Source: an uncultured Chloroflexia bacterium
Lineage (GTDB): Bacteria > Chloroflexota > Anaerolineae > CG2-30-64-16
NCBI GenBank assembly: GCA_963810095.1
Contig: CAWEMM010000006.1
Coordinates: 480,001-544,000 of the forward strand
Direction of reading: 5' to 3'
DNA length: 64,000 bases
Both the position numbers and the translations under genes were made by a program. Every line of letters begins with the position of its first letter. The stretch's first letter is position 1. Below the pieces are notes generated by a model. That model searched no databases, was not told the DNA's origin, and saw only the letters and a program-made list of their open reading frames with translations. Positions 31,089 through 41,480 of the stretch are shown here, one piece after another.

Positions 31089-31979
31089 ATGCCCCCAAGT
31101 CTCTCACCTCAAGCCGCGGCCCGGTTGGCGGCCGCGTTGCAGACGATCTACGACCGGCCCCAGCCGGCCGTGCCCTGGCGCGACGGCCAGAACCTGCCGT
31201 GGGACGACCCGGCGTTCAGCGCGCGCATGCTCGAACAGCACCTGGACCAGAGCCACGGCGCGGCCTCGCGGCGCACGCCCGAGATTCGCGGCCAGGTGCA
31301 AGTGATCAGGGAATGGCTGGGGCTGCACCCCGGCAGCCGCCTGTTCGACGTGACATGCGGGCCGGGCCTGTACGCGGTCGAGTTTGGGCGGCAGGGCATC
31401 GCTGTCACCGGGGTCGATTTCGGCCCCGCCTCCGTCGCCCATGCACGAGGGCTGACCGCGGGGCTGCCGGTGGAGATTCACCAGGGCGACGTACGGGAGA
31501 TGGATTTTGCCGGCCGAGACTTCGACGGGGCGATCTACCTGTACGGGCAGTTCACCGTGCTCCGGCCCGAGGAGTCGCTCGACGTGCTCCGCCGCATCCA
31601 TGCCGCGCTGCGGCCCGGCGCCCGGCTGTTGATCGAGGTGTTGAACGACGACCGCATCGACAAGAAGAACAACACCTGGTGGTACACCGATCAGGGCGGG
31701 CTGTGGGGCGATTTCCCATATCTGCACCTGGGCGAGCGAACCTGGGATGCGGAACAGCGCGCGATCATCGAGCGGTTCTACGTGCTGAATCTCGAAAATG
31801 GTGAGACGAGTTATTACGGCCTCTCTGACCAGGCATACACGACGGGCATGCTGACGCAGATGCTGGAGGAAGCCGGATTTGCCAATGTCACCGTTCACCC
31901 TGCCTGGGATGGGCTGGCGCTGAAAGACGCGGCCGAGTGGTGCGTGTACGTTGCAGAGCGAGGACCCAATGCCCGTTGA
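31089..31979 (+). CDS. Class I SAM-dependent methyltransferase
   Basis: LFDVTCGPGLY, VTGVDF, GDVREM, ALRPGARLLIEV; SD AAGGAG. Confidence 0.85.
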   Translation: MPPSLSPQAAARLAAALQTIYDRPQPAVPWRDGQNLPWDDPAFSARMLEQHLDQSHGAASRRTPEIRGQVQVIREWLGLHPGSRLFDVTCGPGLYAVEFGRQGIAVTGVDFGPASVAHARGLTAGLPVEIHQGDVREMDFAGRDFDGAIYLYGQFTVLRPEESLDVLRRIHAALRPGARLLIEVLNDDRIDKKNNTWWYTDQGGLWGDFPYLHLGERTWDAEQRAIIERFYVLNLENGETSYYGLSDQAYTTGMLTQMLEEAGFANVTVHPAWDGLALKDAAEWCVYVAERGPNAR

Positions 31980-32736
31980 TGCTGCCCGTCCGGTCGTTGC
32001 CGTTAAGGAAGTCAGCTACCGTTATGGGCAAAACTGGGCACTGAGCGATATCTCGTTCAGCCTGGAGCGCGGCACGCTAAACGTCATCGCCGGCCGCAAC
32101 GGCGCGGGCAAATCCACGCTCTTGCGCTGCCTGGCCGGCTGGGCCCAGCCGACGCGCGGGCAGGTGGAACTGCTGGGCGTCCCCATGTACTCGTTCGAGC
32201 GCCAGTCGCGCGCCCGCGTTCTGCTCGTACCCGACACCCCGCCCTTCTACGACGAGCTGACCGAGTGGGAACACGTCCAGTTCATCGCCCAGGCCAACCG
32301 GCTCAAGGACTGGCAGGCGCCGGCAGAGTCCTGGCTGAAGCAGTTCGGCCTGTGGGCCGCCCGCGACGCGTATCCATTCTCTCTTTCGCGCGGCATGAAG
32401 TACAAGCTCGCGCTCTGCCTCGCGCTGATGCTCACGCCGCCGCTCCTCCTCCTCGACGAACCGCTCGGCCCACTTGACCCGGTATCCGCCGGCTTACTGT
32501 GGGAAGAACTGGAGCGCCGGCGGGATGCGGGCATGACGATCCTGCTCAGCTCGCATCAAACGCCACCCGTCGATCCCGATCGCTATCTCCTGATGGAAAA
32601 CGGGCTGCTGATCCGCGACGTTTCGGGCCAGGAGGCCGAGGCCGAGGACAGCACGCTGGGACAACTGCTGGCATACGCACTCGACCAGCTTGACCCACCA
32701 CAGCAAAACGACGCGCAAGGCCGGCGACATGCGTGA
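31969..32736 (+). CDS. ABC exporter ATP-binding protein (EcsA/CcmA-like)
   Basis: GRNGAGKST, LSRGMKYK, LLDEP, SSH. Confidence 0.85.
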   Translation: MPVDAARPVVAVKEVSYRYGQNWALSDISFSLERGTLNVIAGRNGAGKSTLLRCLAGWAQPTRGQVELLGVPMYSFERQSRARVLLVPDTPPFYDELTEWEHVQFIAQANRLKDWQAPAESWLKQFGLWAARDAYPFSLSRGMKYKLALCLALMLTPPLLLLDEPLGPLDPVSAGLLWEELERRRDAGMTILLSSHQTPPVDPDRYLLMENGLLIRDVSGQEAEAEDSTLGQLLAYALDQLDPPQQNDAQGRRHA

Positions 32737-34264
32737 TTTTCGCCTGCTGGGCTGGCTGCGCTGGCGGCAGTGGCGGTCGAGCGCGCTCTACTGGCTGCGC
32801 ACCCTGGGGTACGATCCGCAGCGCCAGAACCTGATCGACCGGATGTATGCCCTCTATCTCATCGTGTTTGGGCTCATTTGGGTCTTCGGCGTGGGGATCG
32901 CGGCCGTGCACCAGGCTTCCGAGATCGGGCACGCCCTGCCGCTCACACTGACGCAGTGGGTGCTCGCGGCCTTGCCGTGGCTTTTCGTCGCGGGAGCGAT
33001 CTACCTGTTCGTCAGGGCCCTGCGGGCTTCGCCGGTGCTGCTCAGCTTCCCCGACATGGCCTTCGTCGCGGCTTCGCCGCTCAGCCGGACCGCGGTTGTG
33101 CTCGTCAACTTCGTCCAGTCCTGCATCCAGCACTGGATCGTCGTGCTGCCCCTGTTTGCCTTGCTGATCGTCGTCGTTGCCCAGCCCCTCGGCCAGCCGC
33201 TGGCGCGGACGGCTGCGCTGCGCGGCACAGCTATCGTCGCACCCTTCGTGCCGCTGCTGCTTGCGCTGGCATGGACGGCGGGCCTGGTGCGGCTGCGGGA
33301 ACGCGAACGTCCTGGCAGCGGCGCGTGGTGGCTGGCGCCCTTCCTGCTGGCGCCGCTCGCCGTGCTGCTGCTGCCGCTGCGCTGGCCGGGTATGGCTTCC
33401 AGCAACGCAATCCAGGGCGGTCCGATCCTGGTGCCCGTGGTCGTCCTGTCCGTGCTTGCGCTGGCCGCGGTCGTGCTGCTGGCGAAGGTGGCCGCAAACA
33501 CGAACCTGATCGCGGCCGCCGAGGAAAGCCGGACGTACGCCCGCTTGAACGCACTGGGCCTCATGGCCTTTCTCGCGCCCGACGTCTCGATCCGCATCCG
33601 GCGCCAGGAGTCGCTGGCGCGGCGCCAGGCAAGATTCCGACTGGCGAACGCCCGCGGCCGTGGTACCCTGGTCGCGCGCTCGGCCCTCTTCAGCCTGCGC
33701 CGGCCCATGGCGCTGCTCCAATTGTTCCTGTGGGGCGCGGGCCTCGCCATTAGCACCGCGTGGCTGCTGCTCAGCCAACCTCCGCTGCTCTTGTGGTTCT
33801 TCTGGGTCACCTTCCTGGTGCTCGTGCCGCCGAAGATGCTGGTGGAGTCTTACGAGGCAGACGTGGCCGATCCGTTTCTGCGCCAGCTGCTGCCGATGGG
33901 CAACGGCCCGCTCGCACTCGTCGGGGGCATCGTGCCGGCTTTCGTGCTGTGGCTGGGCGCTTGGGCCGGCGTCCTGCTGAGCGGCTGGAGGCTGGGATTC
34001 TCGGCCGCCGGCTGGATTGCGGGCGCGCTGCTGGCGGCTGCGGCCGTCTGGATTCTGCTCCTCGCGCAGGCAGCGGCGGCCGCCCGCGTCAGCGTCTTCG
34101 GCTGGCGGCCCCCCTACGCGGGCTGGTTGCTCATCGTCCTGGCGCTCGTGGGAAGTGCCATGCTGGCGCTTGGACCGCTTGCCGGGGGCATCACGGGGCT
34201 GGCGATCGGGGTGGTGGCATTGTGGATCGCGGTCGCTGCCAGCCCGGCCATCGCCCTGGAGTGA
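32729..34264 (+). CDS. Putative ABC exporter membrane subunit
   Basis: Over 10 hydrophobic segments; start overlaps the ATPase stop (ATGCGTGA). Confidence 0.65.
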   Translation: MRDFRLLGWLRWRQWRSSALYWLRTLGYDPQRQNLIDRMYALYLIVFGLIWVFGVGIAAVHQASEIGHALPLTLTQWVLAALPWLFVAGAIYLFVRALRASPVLLSFPDMAFVAASPLSRTAVVLVNFVQSCIQHWIVVLPLFALLIVVVAQPLGQPLARTAALRGTAIVAPFVPLLLALAWTAGLVRLRERERPGSGAWWLAPFLLAPLAVLLLPLRWPGMASSNAIQGGPILVPVVVLSVLALAAVVLLAKVAANTNLIAAAEESRTYARLNALGLMAFLAPDVSIRIRRQESLARRQARFRLANARGRGTLVARSALFSLRRPMALLQLFLWGAGLAISTAWLLLSQPPLLLWFFWVTFLVLVPPKMLVESYEADVADPFLRQLLPMGNGPLALVGGIVPAFVLWLGAWAGVLLSGWRLGFSAAGWIAGALLAAAAVWILLLAQAAAAARVSVFGWRPPYAGWLLIVLALVGSAMLALGPLAGGITGLAIGVVALWIAVAASPAIALE

Positions 34265-34312
34265 GCGAGCGGACCGCGGCCTAAACAGTCGCAGCGTGAA
34301 AATGTTCGCTAG

Positions 34313-34355
34313 GGCCGGTCTCTGACCGTGCCCCTGGCTTGGTCGGAGACCGGCC
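34313..34355. terminator. Stem-loop between convergent genes
   Basis: GGCCGGTCTCTGACC ... GGTCGGAGACCGGCC. Confidence 0.5.
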
Positions 34356-34380
34356 AGAGCCATTTCGCCTGGCGCTTGGT

Positions 34381-35205
34381 CTAGACCGAACAGTTCGAGC
34401 CGAGACGGGGCGCACTGTGTCTGGACGGCAGGAGACCCGCGGGCTTCCGAAGCCCCGCCGATTGGGCCCCTATCCCCGGTCGCTCGGTTACGCAGGTTCG
34501 CTGTCTCGGCTTTGATCGGCGATCCGCCAGCAGGTCGGCCCAAACCCGCTCGCGGCCGGCTTCGGACTCGAACGCCAGGTGCACGACTTCGCGAACCGGC
34601 CGCTTCGCCTTCTTGCCGTCCGAAGGAGGCTGGCGCCAGTAGCTGATGCGGAGGCCGGGCTGGCATGCCGCGCCGAAAGCGACGGTTCCGGCCAGTGCGC
34701 CTTCTACCTCTTCCGGCCTGAAGAAGATGTACCACATGCCCACCCGCTCGCCGGGAAAACTGCCCAGAAGAAAACGCGACACGGGCTGAATGGCCATGAT
34801 TGCATGTTCGCGCGAGCCAAAGCTGCGCCAGTATGCGGTGAGGTTGGCCAGGTGCGCTTCCTTCGCTTCGACCTCGAACCGGCCCGTGACAAACGCGGCT
34901 TCTTTGTCGTCGGGCGCCATGCGCAGCGGTCTCGGCGCATCGAGCGCCGGCTGTGGCGTGAAGCGTACGTAGCCGGCCCGGGCGGCCCAATTGCGGAGTA
35001 CGACGAGCCCCAACACGCCGAGCAGAATGAGCGCGAGCACCAGCCAGTGCCATACGGGCAGCGGCGGACGCCCGCGCGCCAGCCACTGCAGCACGATGAT
35101 TGCCGCGGCCAGCAACCCGAGGTTGCGGGCCAAGACGTCCTGCTGCGTGTCCGCGAACTTGTGCGTCCGTAACTGGTAAGCCAGCCTAAACAATCGCGCG
35201 CTCAT
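34381..35205 (-). CDS. Hypothetical membrane-anchored protein (3' end uncertain)
   Basis: Two TMs then a beta-rich soluble domain (GMWYIFF); abuts the EamA stop. Confidence 0.55.
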   Translation of the reverse strand: MSARLFRLAYQLRTHKFADTQQDVLARNLGLLAAAIIVLQWLARGRPPLPVWHWLVLALILLGVLGLVVLRNWAARAGYVRFTPQPALDAPRPLRMAPDDKEAAFVTGRFEVEAKEAHLANLTAYWRSFGSREHAIMAIQPVSRFLLGSFPGERVGMWYIFFRPEEVEGALAGTVAFGAACQPGLRISYWRQPPSDGKKAKRPVREVVHLAFESEAGRERVWADLLADRRSKPRQRTCVTERPGIGAQSAGLRKPAGLLPSRHSAPRLGSNCSV

Positions 35206-36196
35206 TTATTCCCCGCCAAGAAGCTGTCGCTTGCGCGCCCCGGTGCGCGTCACCATCAATCCCGCCAGCACCACGGCGCCGCCCAGCAGTTGGACCGGCG
35301 CGAGCGTATCCCCGAGCGTGATCCAGGCAAAGACAATCGCTACGACCGGCGTCAGGTTCTGGTAGACTGCGGTCCGTGCGTTCCCCACCCGCTTCACGCT
35401 CACGGAGTATATCACGTACCCCACCGTCACAGAGAGCACGGCGGAGTAGACCAGCGCCCCCCATGCCACGGGCGGGACGGCCGCCCAATCCTGGGCGAGC
35501 ATCTGGGGCAGGCTGACCAATACGAGCGGGACGGTGCCGGCCAGCATGGTCCAGGCAGTCATTTCAAGGGGGCTGTAGCGGGCCAGCAAGGGCTTGCTGC
35601 CGACGGTATACACGGCCCACAGCATCGCGCAGCCGAGGATCAGGACATCGCCCAGGATCGAGCTGCCGTTGAGGTCGAACTTGCCGCCGCCGGCGATCAG
35701 CAGGGCCATGCCGGCGAACGAGAGCGCGATGCCCGCGGCCATCATCCGGTTGACGCGCTCGATGCGCAGGAGGAACCCAAGGACCGCCACCCAGATCGGG
35801 CGAGGTGCCCATGATCAGGGAAGCGTTGCCGGGCGCGGTGCGCGCCAGTCCGTTTGCGAAAAGAACCTGGTAGATGGTGTGGCCGGCAAGACCGAGCAGG
35901 AAAATCCGGCCCGCGTCGCGCACAGGCACTTTTAGGGGCGCGCCTCGGTGCGGCCGGGCCTGGAACGCCAGAACGGCGAAGGTCACAACGGTCGCCAGGG
36001 CAAAACGGGTCCCGTTGAACGCCAGGGGGGCCATCGAGTTCAGCGCAACCTTGACCGCGGTGAAGTTGATGCCCCAGATCACGACCGCGATGAGCATCAG
36101 CACGTCGCTGCTGACCCGAGGCTTTGTTCCTGCCGACGCTGAATCCACCCCGCTCTTCACGTGCGCAGGGGCCCTCGACTCGCTCACCGGGGGCAC
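35206..36196 (-). CDS. DMT/EamA family transporter (frameshift near 35800)
   Basis: IWGINFTAVK, RFALA, GDVLIL, YQNLTPVVAI. Confidence 0.85.
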
Positions 36197-36245
36197 GCCG
36201 GCGCGGCGGATGGGCGCCCGACCGCCGCAAGCGCGTGGGGCATCG

Positions 36246-37106
36246 CTACGCCCCTGCGACGAGCAGCGCGAAGTAGGCGATCAAGGGGAAAGTAAACATG
36301 AGGCTGTCCAGACGGTCGAGGATGCCGCCGTGTCCGGGGATGAGGTTGCCCGTGTCCTTGATGTGGGCCATGCGCTTAAGCAGCGAGACGGCAAAATCGC
36401 CGAATGTGCCGAGCACGGCGACCAGAACGCCGATGAGCAGGCCCTGCCAGACGTTCAGGCCCACCAGCCAACCCCCGATCAAGGGTCCCGCGATCATGCA
36501 GCCGGCGATCTCGCCGGCCAGCCCTTCCCAGGTCTTCTTGGGGCTGATGCGCGGCCAAAGCTTGTGGCGTCCGATCGTCTTGCCCACGAAGTACGCCGAG
36601 GTGTCGCCGATCCAGGTCATCAGAAATGCGAAGAGGACCCATTGCAGGCCGTTCGGCCGCTCGCGCAGGATGACGAAGTAGCTCAACATCGTCCCGAGAT
36701 AGAGCGCACTGGCGACCGTGATCGCCCAATTCTGCGTCGGTCGTTCTGACTTGTCGTAGAGCGCGTAGATGAGCGAGGTGATGATCAGCAGGACGAGAAG
36801 CGGAGGGAGAAGATCGACCGTGACCAGGCCCGACCCGTTCAGATACGCGGCCAGAATCGCAAGGATGACGAAGAAGAGTCCCACCAGGCGGTCGACCGCG
36901 AAATCGCTGCGCTGTAGGAGCCGGCTCATTTCGCCCCAGGCAACTACCCCTGCCAGCACAATGCCGAACGTCCACGGAATCCCGCCAAGGTAGACGAACA
37001 GGAGGACGACGGGGATCAGGACGATGGCGCTCAGCACACGCGCACGCAGCACGGCGGACTCCGTTCGTGAAGCAGGTTCGCTGGAAGCAGTAGGCTGTAG
37101 AGACAT
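36246..37106 (-). CDS. cdsA: Phosphatidate cytidylyltransferase
   Basis: DTSAYFVG, ISPKKTWEG, SLLKR..IKDTGNLIPGHGGILDRLDS. Confidence 0.95.
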   Translation of the reverse strand: MSLQPTASSEPASRTESAVLRARVLSAIVLIPVVLLFVYLGGIPWTFGIVLAGVVAWGEMSRLLQRSDFAVDRLVGLFFVILAILAAYLNGSGLVTVDLLPPLLVLLIITSLIYALYDKSERPTQNWAITVASALYLGTMLSYFVILRERPNGLQWVLFAFLMTWIGDTSAYFVGKTIGRHKLWPRISPKKTWEGLAGEIAGCMIAGPLIGGWLVGLNVWQGLLIGVLVAVLGTFGDFAVSLLKRMAHIKDTGNLIPGHGGILDRLDSLMFTFPLIAYFALLVAGA

Positions 37107-37148
37107 GATTGTTATGCGTACTCAGCCGCGGACCCGGCGCCGCGCAGC

Positions 37149-37910
37149 TTATGTTTTGCTCTCGGGTTCCGGGACCTTGCCGAAGCGGCGTTCCCGCTGG
37201 CTGTATTCAATCAGGGCAGAGGCCAGCTCAGCCTCGTCGAAATCGGGCCAAAACGTCGGCGTCGCGTAATACTCGGCATAAGCAGCCTGCCAAATGAGGA
37301 AGTTGCTCAAACGCCATTCGCCGCCCGTGCGGATGATGAAGTCGGGGTCGGGTAGGCCGGCATTGTAGAGGTAATCTGAGATAACGTCCTCGGTAACATC
37401 CTCGGGTCGCAACCCATCGCGGAGGATGTGCCTGAGGGCATCGACAATTTCGGCTCGCCCGCCGTAATTAAACGCGACGTTGAGCGTGATCTTGGTGTTG
37501 TTGACGGTCAACGCAACGGCATCCTGTATCTGCTGTGCGAGCCGGGGCGCCACGCCCTCCAACCGCCCGCTGTGCAAGATGCGGACGTTATTGGCGTGCA
37601 GATCGTGGGTCTCGCGGCGGATGGCCTGGCCCAGGATGGTCATGAGGCCGGCGACCTCATCCGGCGGCCGCCCCCAGTTCTCCGTCGAAAACGCATAGAC
37701 CGTCAGCACCTTGATGCCGAAGTCAGCGCACGCCCGCAGAACCCGGCGCAGGTTGTCCGTGCCGGCTTTATGCCCTGCGACCCGCGGCAGTCCACGCTTG
37801 CGCGCCCATCGCCCGTTGCCGTCCATGATGATGCCCACATGGTAGGGGATGCGGGTGACCTCAGGATACCGCTGGGGCAAGGTCAGGTTGTCGACCGGTT
37901 GTGGCGCCAC
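37149..37910 (-). CDS. uppS: Undecaprenyl diphosphate synthase
   Basis: [37 protein letters not shown]. Confidence 0.97.
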   Translation of the reverse strand: MAPQPVDNLTLPQRYPEVTRIPYHVGIIMDGNGRWARKRGLPRVAGHKAGTDNLRRVLRACADFGIKVLTVYAFSTENWGRPPDEVAGLMTILGQAIRRETHDLHANNVRILHSGRLEGVAPRLAQQIQDAVALTVNNTKITLNVAFNYGGRAEIVDALRHILRDGLRPEDVTEDVISDYLYNAGLPDPDFIIRTGGEWRLSNFLIWQAAYAEYYATPTFWPDFDEAELASALIEYSQRERRFGKVPEPESKT

Positions 37911-37911
37911 A

Positions 37912-38469
37912 TTAGCCTTCCAGGATTTCCGCTTCTTTGGCCTTGCCGATCTCGTCGATCTGCTTGATGTACTTATCGGTCTGTTCCTGCACCTGCTCCT
38001 GGCCCTTGTGCAGATCGTCCTCGTCGATCATCTTCTCTTTTTCGGCGTCGCGCAACATTTCGACCGCGTCGCGGCGGATGTTGCGGGCCGAAACGCGCGC
38101 CTCCTCGACCCGCCGCGCCACCTGCTTGTTCAGGTCGCGGCGGCGTTCCTCGGTCAGCTGCGGGATGATCAACCGGATGGCCTGCCCATCGCTGTTCGGC
38201 GTAAGACCCAGGTCAGACTTGAGGATGGCCTTCTCGATCAAGCCCACCGTATTGCGGTCCCAGGGCCGGATCATGAGCACGCGGGGTTCCGGCACGGTGA
38301 CGCCGGCAAGTTGAATCAAGGGAGTGGGCGTGCCGTAGTACTCGACCATCAGGCGCTCGACCAGCGCGGGCGAAGCCCGGCCGGTGCGGATCGCGCGCAG
38401 ATCGTTCTGCAGCGCGTCGATGGTCTTTTCCATCCGCTCACGGGCATCCGCCAAGATGTCCTTTATCAT
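37912..38469 (-). CDS. frr: Ribosome recycling factor
   Basis: [33 protein letters not shown]. Confidence 0.97.
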   Translation of the reverse strand: MIKDILADARERMEKTIDALQNDLRAIRTGRASPALVERLMVEYYGTPTPLIQLAGVTVPEPRVLMIRPWDRNTVGLIEKAILKSDLGLTPNSDGQAIRLIIPQLTEERRRDLNKQVARRVEEARVSARNIRRDAVEMLRDAEKEKMIDEDDLHKGQEQVQEQTDKYIKQIDEIGKAKEAEILEG

Positions 38470-38508
38470 CAAGACCTCCTCAGGCTCCCCATGTACCGCA
38501 AACAAAAC

Positions 38509-38572
38509 GGGGATTAAGGGATGCGGGGATAGAGATATTTATAACATCTCATTTTCGCATCCCCTAATCCCC
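38509..38572. repeat. REP-like palindrome in the pyrH-frr spacer
   Basis: GGGGATTAAGGGATGCG ... CGCATCCCCTAATCCCC around an AT-rich core. Confidence 0.7.
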
Positions 38573-38620
38573 GCGAACGCTATGCGACTCGGCGTGCCAG
38601 GGTCCGATCATGCGCCGGCG

Positions 38621-39349
38621 TTATGCGCTGACAACTGTGCCGACGGACAATCCCAGGACGGCCTTTTCGACGCTCTCCGGCTCCCACAGATCGAGGACGA
38701 TGATCGGCAGATCGTTGTCCATGCACAGGGTCAACGCGGTGTTGTCCATGACGCCCACACGGCGGTTCAACGCCTCGATGTAGCTCAGGCGATCGAACTT
38801 CACCGCGTCCGGGTTCTTTTTCGGGTCTTTGTCATAGACGCCGTTCACCTTGGTGGCCTTGATCAGGACCTCGGCGTGGATCTCCATGGCCCGCAGCGCG
38901 GCGGCCGTATCGGTGGTGAAGTATGGATTGCCGGTGCCCGCTGCCAGCAGGATGACGTAACCCTTCTCCAGGTGCCGGATGGCCCGCCCGCGAATATACG
39001 GCTCGGCCACGCTCTGCATCTGGATCGCGGTCATCACCCGCGCTTCCTGGCCCGTTCGCTTGATCGCGTCGGCCAGGGCCAGCGCGTTCATGACGGTCGC
39101 CAGCATGCCCATGTGATCGGCCGTGGTTTGCTCCATCCCGTGCGCCTGGCCATCGCGGCCGCGCCAGATGTTGCCTGCACCGATCACCACGGCCACCTCT
39201 GCGCCCATTTCGCGCAGCCGCCGAATCTTCCCCGCCAGGACGTCAGCCTCGTGTGGGTCGATCCCGAAACCGCCCTCGCCCGCCAGGGCTTCGCCCCCGA
39301 GCTTGAGCAGGATACGATTGTAGCGCAGGGTAGCCGTGTGCTTGTTCAA
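38621..39349 (-). CDS. pyrH: UMP kinase
   Basis: [40 protein letters not shown]. Confidence 0.97.
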   Translation of the reverse strand: MNKHTATLRYNRILLKLGGEALAGEGGFGIDPHEADVLAGKIRRLREMGAEVAVVIGAGNIWRGRDGQAHGMEQTTADHMGMLATVMNALALADAIKRTGQEARVMTAIQMQSVAEPYIRGRAIRHLEKGYVILLAAGTGNPYFTTDTAAALRAMEIHAEVLIKATKVNGVYDKDPKKNPDAVKFDRLSYIEALNRRVGVMDNTALTLCMDNDLPIIVLDLWEPESVEKAVLGLSVGTVVSA

Positions 39350-39357
39350 GGTACTAC

Positions 39358-39948
39358 TCAGCCGCCAACTTCAAGACGGGCGAACCGGCGCACCTGGATG
39401 TTCTCGCCGAGTTTGGCGATCGTCTGGGTGACCAGGTCCTTGATCTTCAGGCTCTCATCCTTGATGTAAGGCTGTTCGAGCAGGACGTTTTCCTCGAAGT
39501 ACTTGCCGAGCTTGCCTTCGAGAATCCGCGCGGCCTGTTCGGGCGTCTTGCCCGGGTCGATAGTCAGGCGGAACTGGTTCTTCAGCTCGTCCAGCGCTTC
39601 GGGAGTGATGTCGTCCGTCTTGACGAAGGTCGGGCGGGCGGCCACGACCTGCATCGCCAACTCGCGGATGAGCGACTGGAACTGCTCGGTGCGTGCCACG
39701 AAGTCCGACTCGCAGTTGACTTCGACCAGCGCGGCGACCTTGCTGCCCGTGTGGATGTAATGGCCGATCAGCCCTTCCTTGGTCACCCGGTCGGCCTTCT
39801 TGGCGGCCGCGGCGAGGCCCTTTTCACGAAGGAACTCGGCAGCCTTCGCCATATCGCCTTCCGACTTTTCCAGCGCCTTACGACAATCCAAAACGCCCGC
39901 GTTCGTTTGCGCGCGCAGTTCTTTCACCATGGTGGCAGTGATTTCCAC
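39358..39948 (-). CDS. tsf: Translation elongation factor Ts (short form)
   Basis: [37 protein letters not shown]. Confidence 0.97.
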   Translation of the reverse strand: MEITATMVKELRAQTNAGVLDCRKALEKSEGDMAKAAEFLREKGLAAAAKKADRVTKEGLIGHYIHTGSKVAALVEVNCESDFVARTEQFQSLIRELAMQVVAARPTFVKTDDITPEALDELKNQFRLTIDPGKTPEQAARILEGKLGKYFEENVLLEQPYIKDESLKIKDLVTQTIAKLGENIQVRRFARLEVGG

Positions 39949-39980
39949 AACAATACTCCTGATATAGGTACGCGCTAGGG

Positions 39981-40952
39981 TTACGCGTTCTCGGCGGTGT
40001 CGGCGTTCTCGACGGTCTCGGTGTTTTCGGCGCTCGGAGCGGCCGGCTGGACGTCCACAGCGGTTTCTTCTTCACGGTCCAGGCCCTGGGCCAGCTTCTC
40101 GAGCACGGAGGGCCCGAGGTAATCCTCGGCGGCGCCTTCTTCTTCGGGCGAGAAGTCGTCGACGGTCATCCGCGCGATCCGGTCGAGCTTCTCCTGCGCC
40201 AGTTCGTCTTCCGGCTCAGGCTCGGCGCCCGGGGCGGAGGTTGCCGCACGGTCGGCCTCGTCGACGGCGCGCATCTGCAGCCCTTCGACCACCGCGTCGG
40301 CCATCTTGCCCGCCATCAGCTTGATCGCGCGGATTGCATCGTCGTTCGACGGGATCGGGTAGTCGATCGGGTCGGGATCGCAGTTGGTGTCGACCATCGC
40401 CACGATGGGGATGTGCAGCTTGTTCGCTTCGATCACGGCCAGTTCTTCACGCATTACGTCGACGATGAAGATCATGTCGGGCAGGTGCGTCATGCTGCGC
40501 AGGCCGCCAATGCGGCTGTTGAGGCGGACGAGTTCCTTCTGCAGCAGGAGCGCTTCCTTCTTCGGAAGGCGATCCAGCTCGCCGCGCGACTGGCGGCGTT
40601 CGAGTTCCTGCATGTACTCGACGCGCTGGCGGATGGTGCGGAAGTTAGTCAGCGTGCCACCGAGCCAGCGGGTGGTGATGTAGGGCATGCCGCAGCGATC
40701 GGCCTCGGCCTTGATGGTTTCCTGCGCCTGCTTCTTCGTGCCGACGAAGAGGACGAGTCCACCCTCGCGCACTGCGTCACGGACGACCGTGTAGGCGTTG
40801 TTGACCTGGCGCATGGTCTGCTGCAGGTCAATGATGTGGATCCCATTGCGCTCCGTGAAGATGAAGGTGCGCATCTTGGGGTGCCAGCGGCGGGTGCGGT
40901 GGCCAAAGTGGACGCCGGCTTCGAGCAACTGCTTCATGGAAATAACAGACAC
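39981..40952 (-). CDS. rpsB: 30S ribosomal protein S2
   Basis: [36 protein letters not shown]; acidic C-terminal extension. Confidence 0.98.
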   Translation of the reverse strand: MSVISMKQLLEAGVHFGHRTRRWHPKMRTFIFTERNGIHIIDLQQTMRQVNNAYTVVRDAVREGGLVLFVGTKKQAQETIKAEADRCGMPYITTRWLGGTLTNFRTIRQRVEYMQELERRQSRGELDRLPKKEALLLQKELVRLNSRIGGLRSMTHLPDMIFIVDVMREELAVIEANKLHIPIVAMVDTNCDPDPIDYPIPSNDDAIRAIKLMAGKMADAVVEGLQMRAVDEADRAATSAPGAEPEPEDELAQEKLDRIARMTVDDFSPEEEGAAEDYLGPSVLEKLAQGLDREEETAVDVQPAAPSAENTETVENADTAENA

Positions 40953-40964
40953 GACAGTTCTCCC

Positions 40965-41097
40965 TTTCCGTTTGAGCTTCCGCCGGCATCAACAACCTGG
41001 AACCTCACCCGCACGAGGACCGTGCGCCAACCTTGTTGGCGTGGTCGCTTGCTTTCGCTTAGGGATGAGGCACGGCCAGTCTAAATGCCGGCGTGCA
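40965..41097 (-). ncRNA. Probable rpsB 5' leader (t44/S2 autoregulatory leader-like)
   Basis: Long UTR between TTGCCC-17-TATAAT (41160-41132) and rpsB, closed by a GCCGGCAT/ATGCCGGC stem followed by GGAAGCTCAAAC. Confidence 0.5.
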
Positions 41098-41231
41098 AGA
41101 TAAGGGCCGGCTGAGGCCGACCCGAAGGAGGATTATAGCACAGGGGTCAGAGCGGGGCAAGTTGGGCCAGTGTGCCAGTTGTGCTACACTATTCCCGCCT
41201 ATTTGCAGGCCTCATCGACCAGCCAGGAGAC

Positions 41232-41480
41232 ATGCTGATGATCCCACAGGACTTGCTCGACATTTTGCGCTGCCCGCACTGCGTTTCGGGCGAGACCCGC
41301 GCGGCCGGCGACGATCCGGGCCGCCTCCAGTTCTACAAGGAGAGCTGGCTGATCTGCCAGGAGTCCGGCTGCGGACGCAAGTATCCGGTAGTCGACGACA
41401 TTCCGGAGATGTTGGTGGAGACCGGCGACAAGTGGGTCACCACGCCCGTCGACCAACTGCCTGTACCGGCGCGCGCCTAA
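41232..41480 (+). CDS. Trm112 family protein
   Basis: LLDILRCPHC, LICQESGCGRKYPVVDDIPEML; SD AGGAG. Confidence 0.85.
   Translation: MLMIPQDLLDILRCPHCVSGETRAAGDDPGRLQFYKESWLICQESGCGRKYPVVDDIPEMLVETGDKWVTTPVDQLPVPARA

Noticed and set aside
39358-39948. EF-Ts of only 196 aa
   Set aside because: The short form is known (Thermus, cyanobacteria and others), so it is not a truncation
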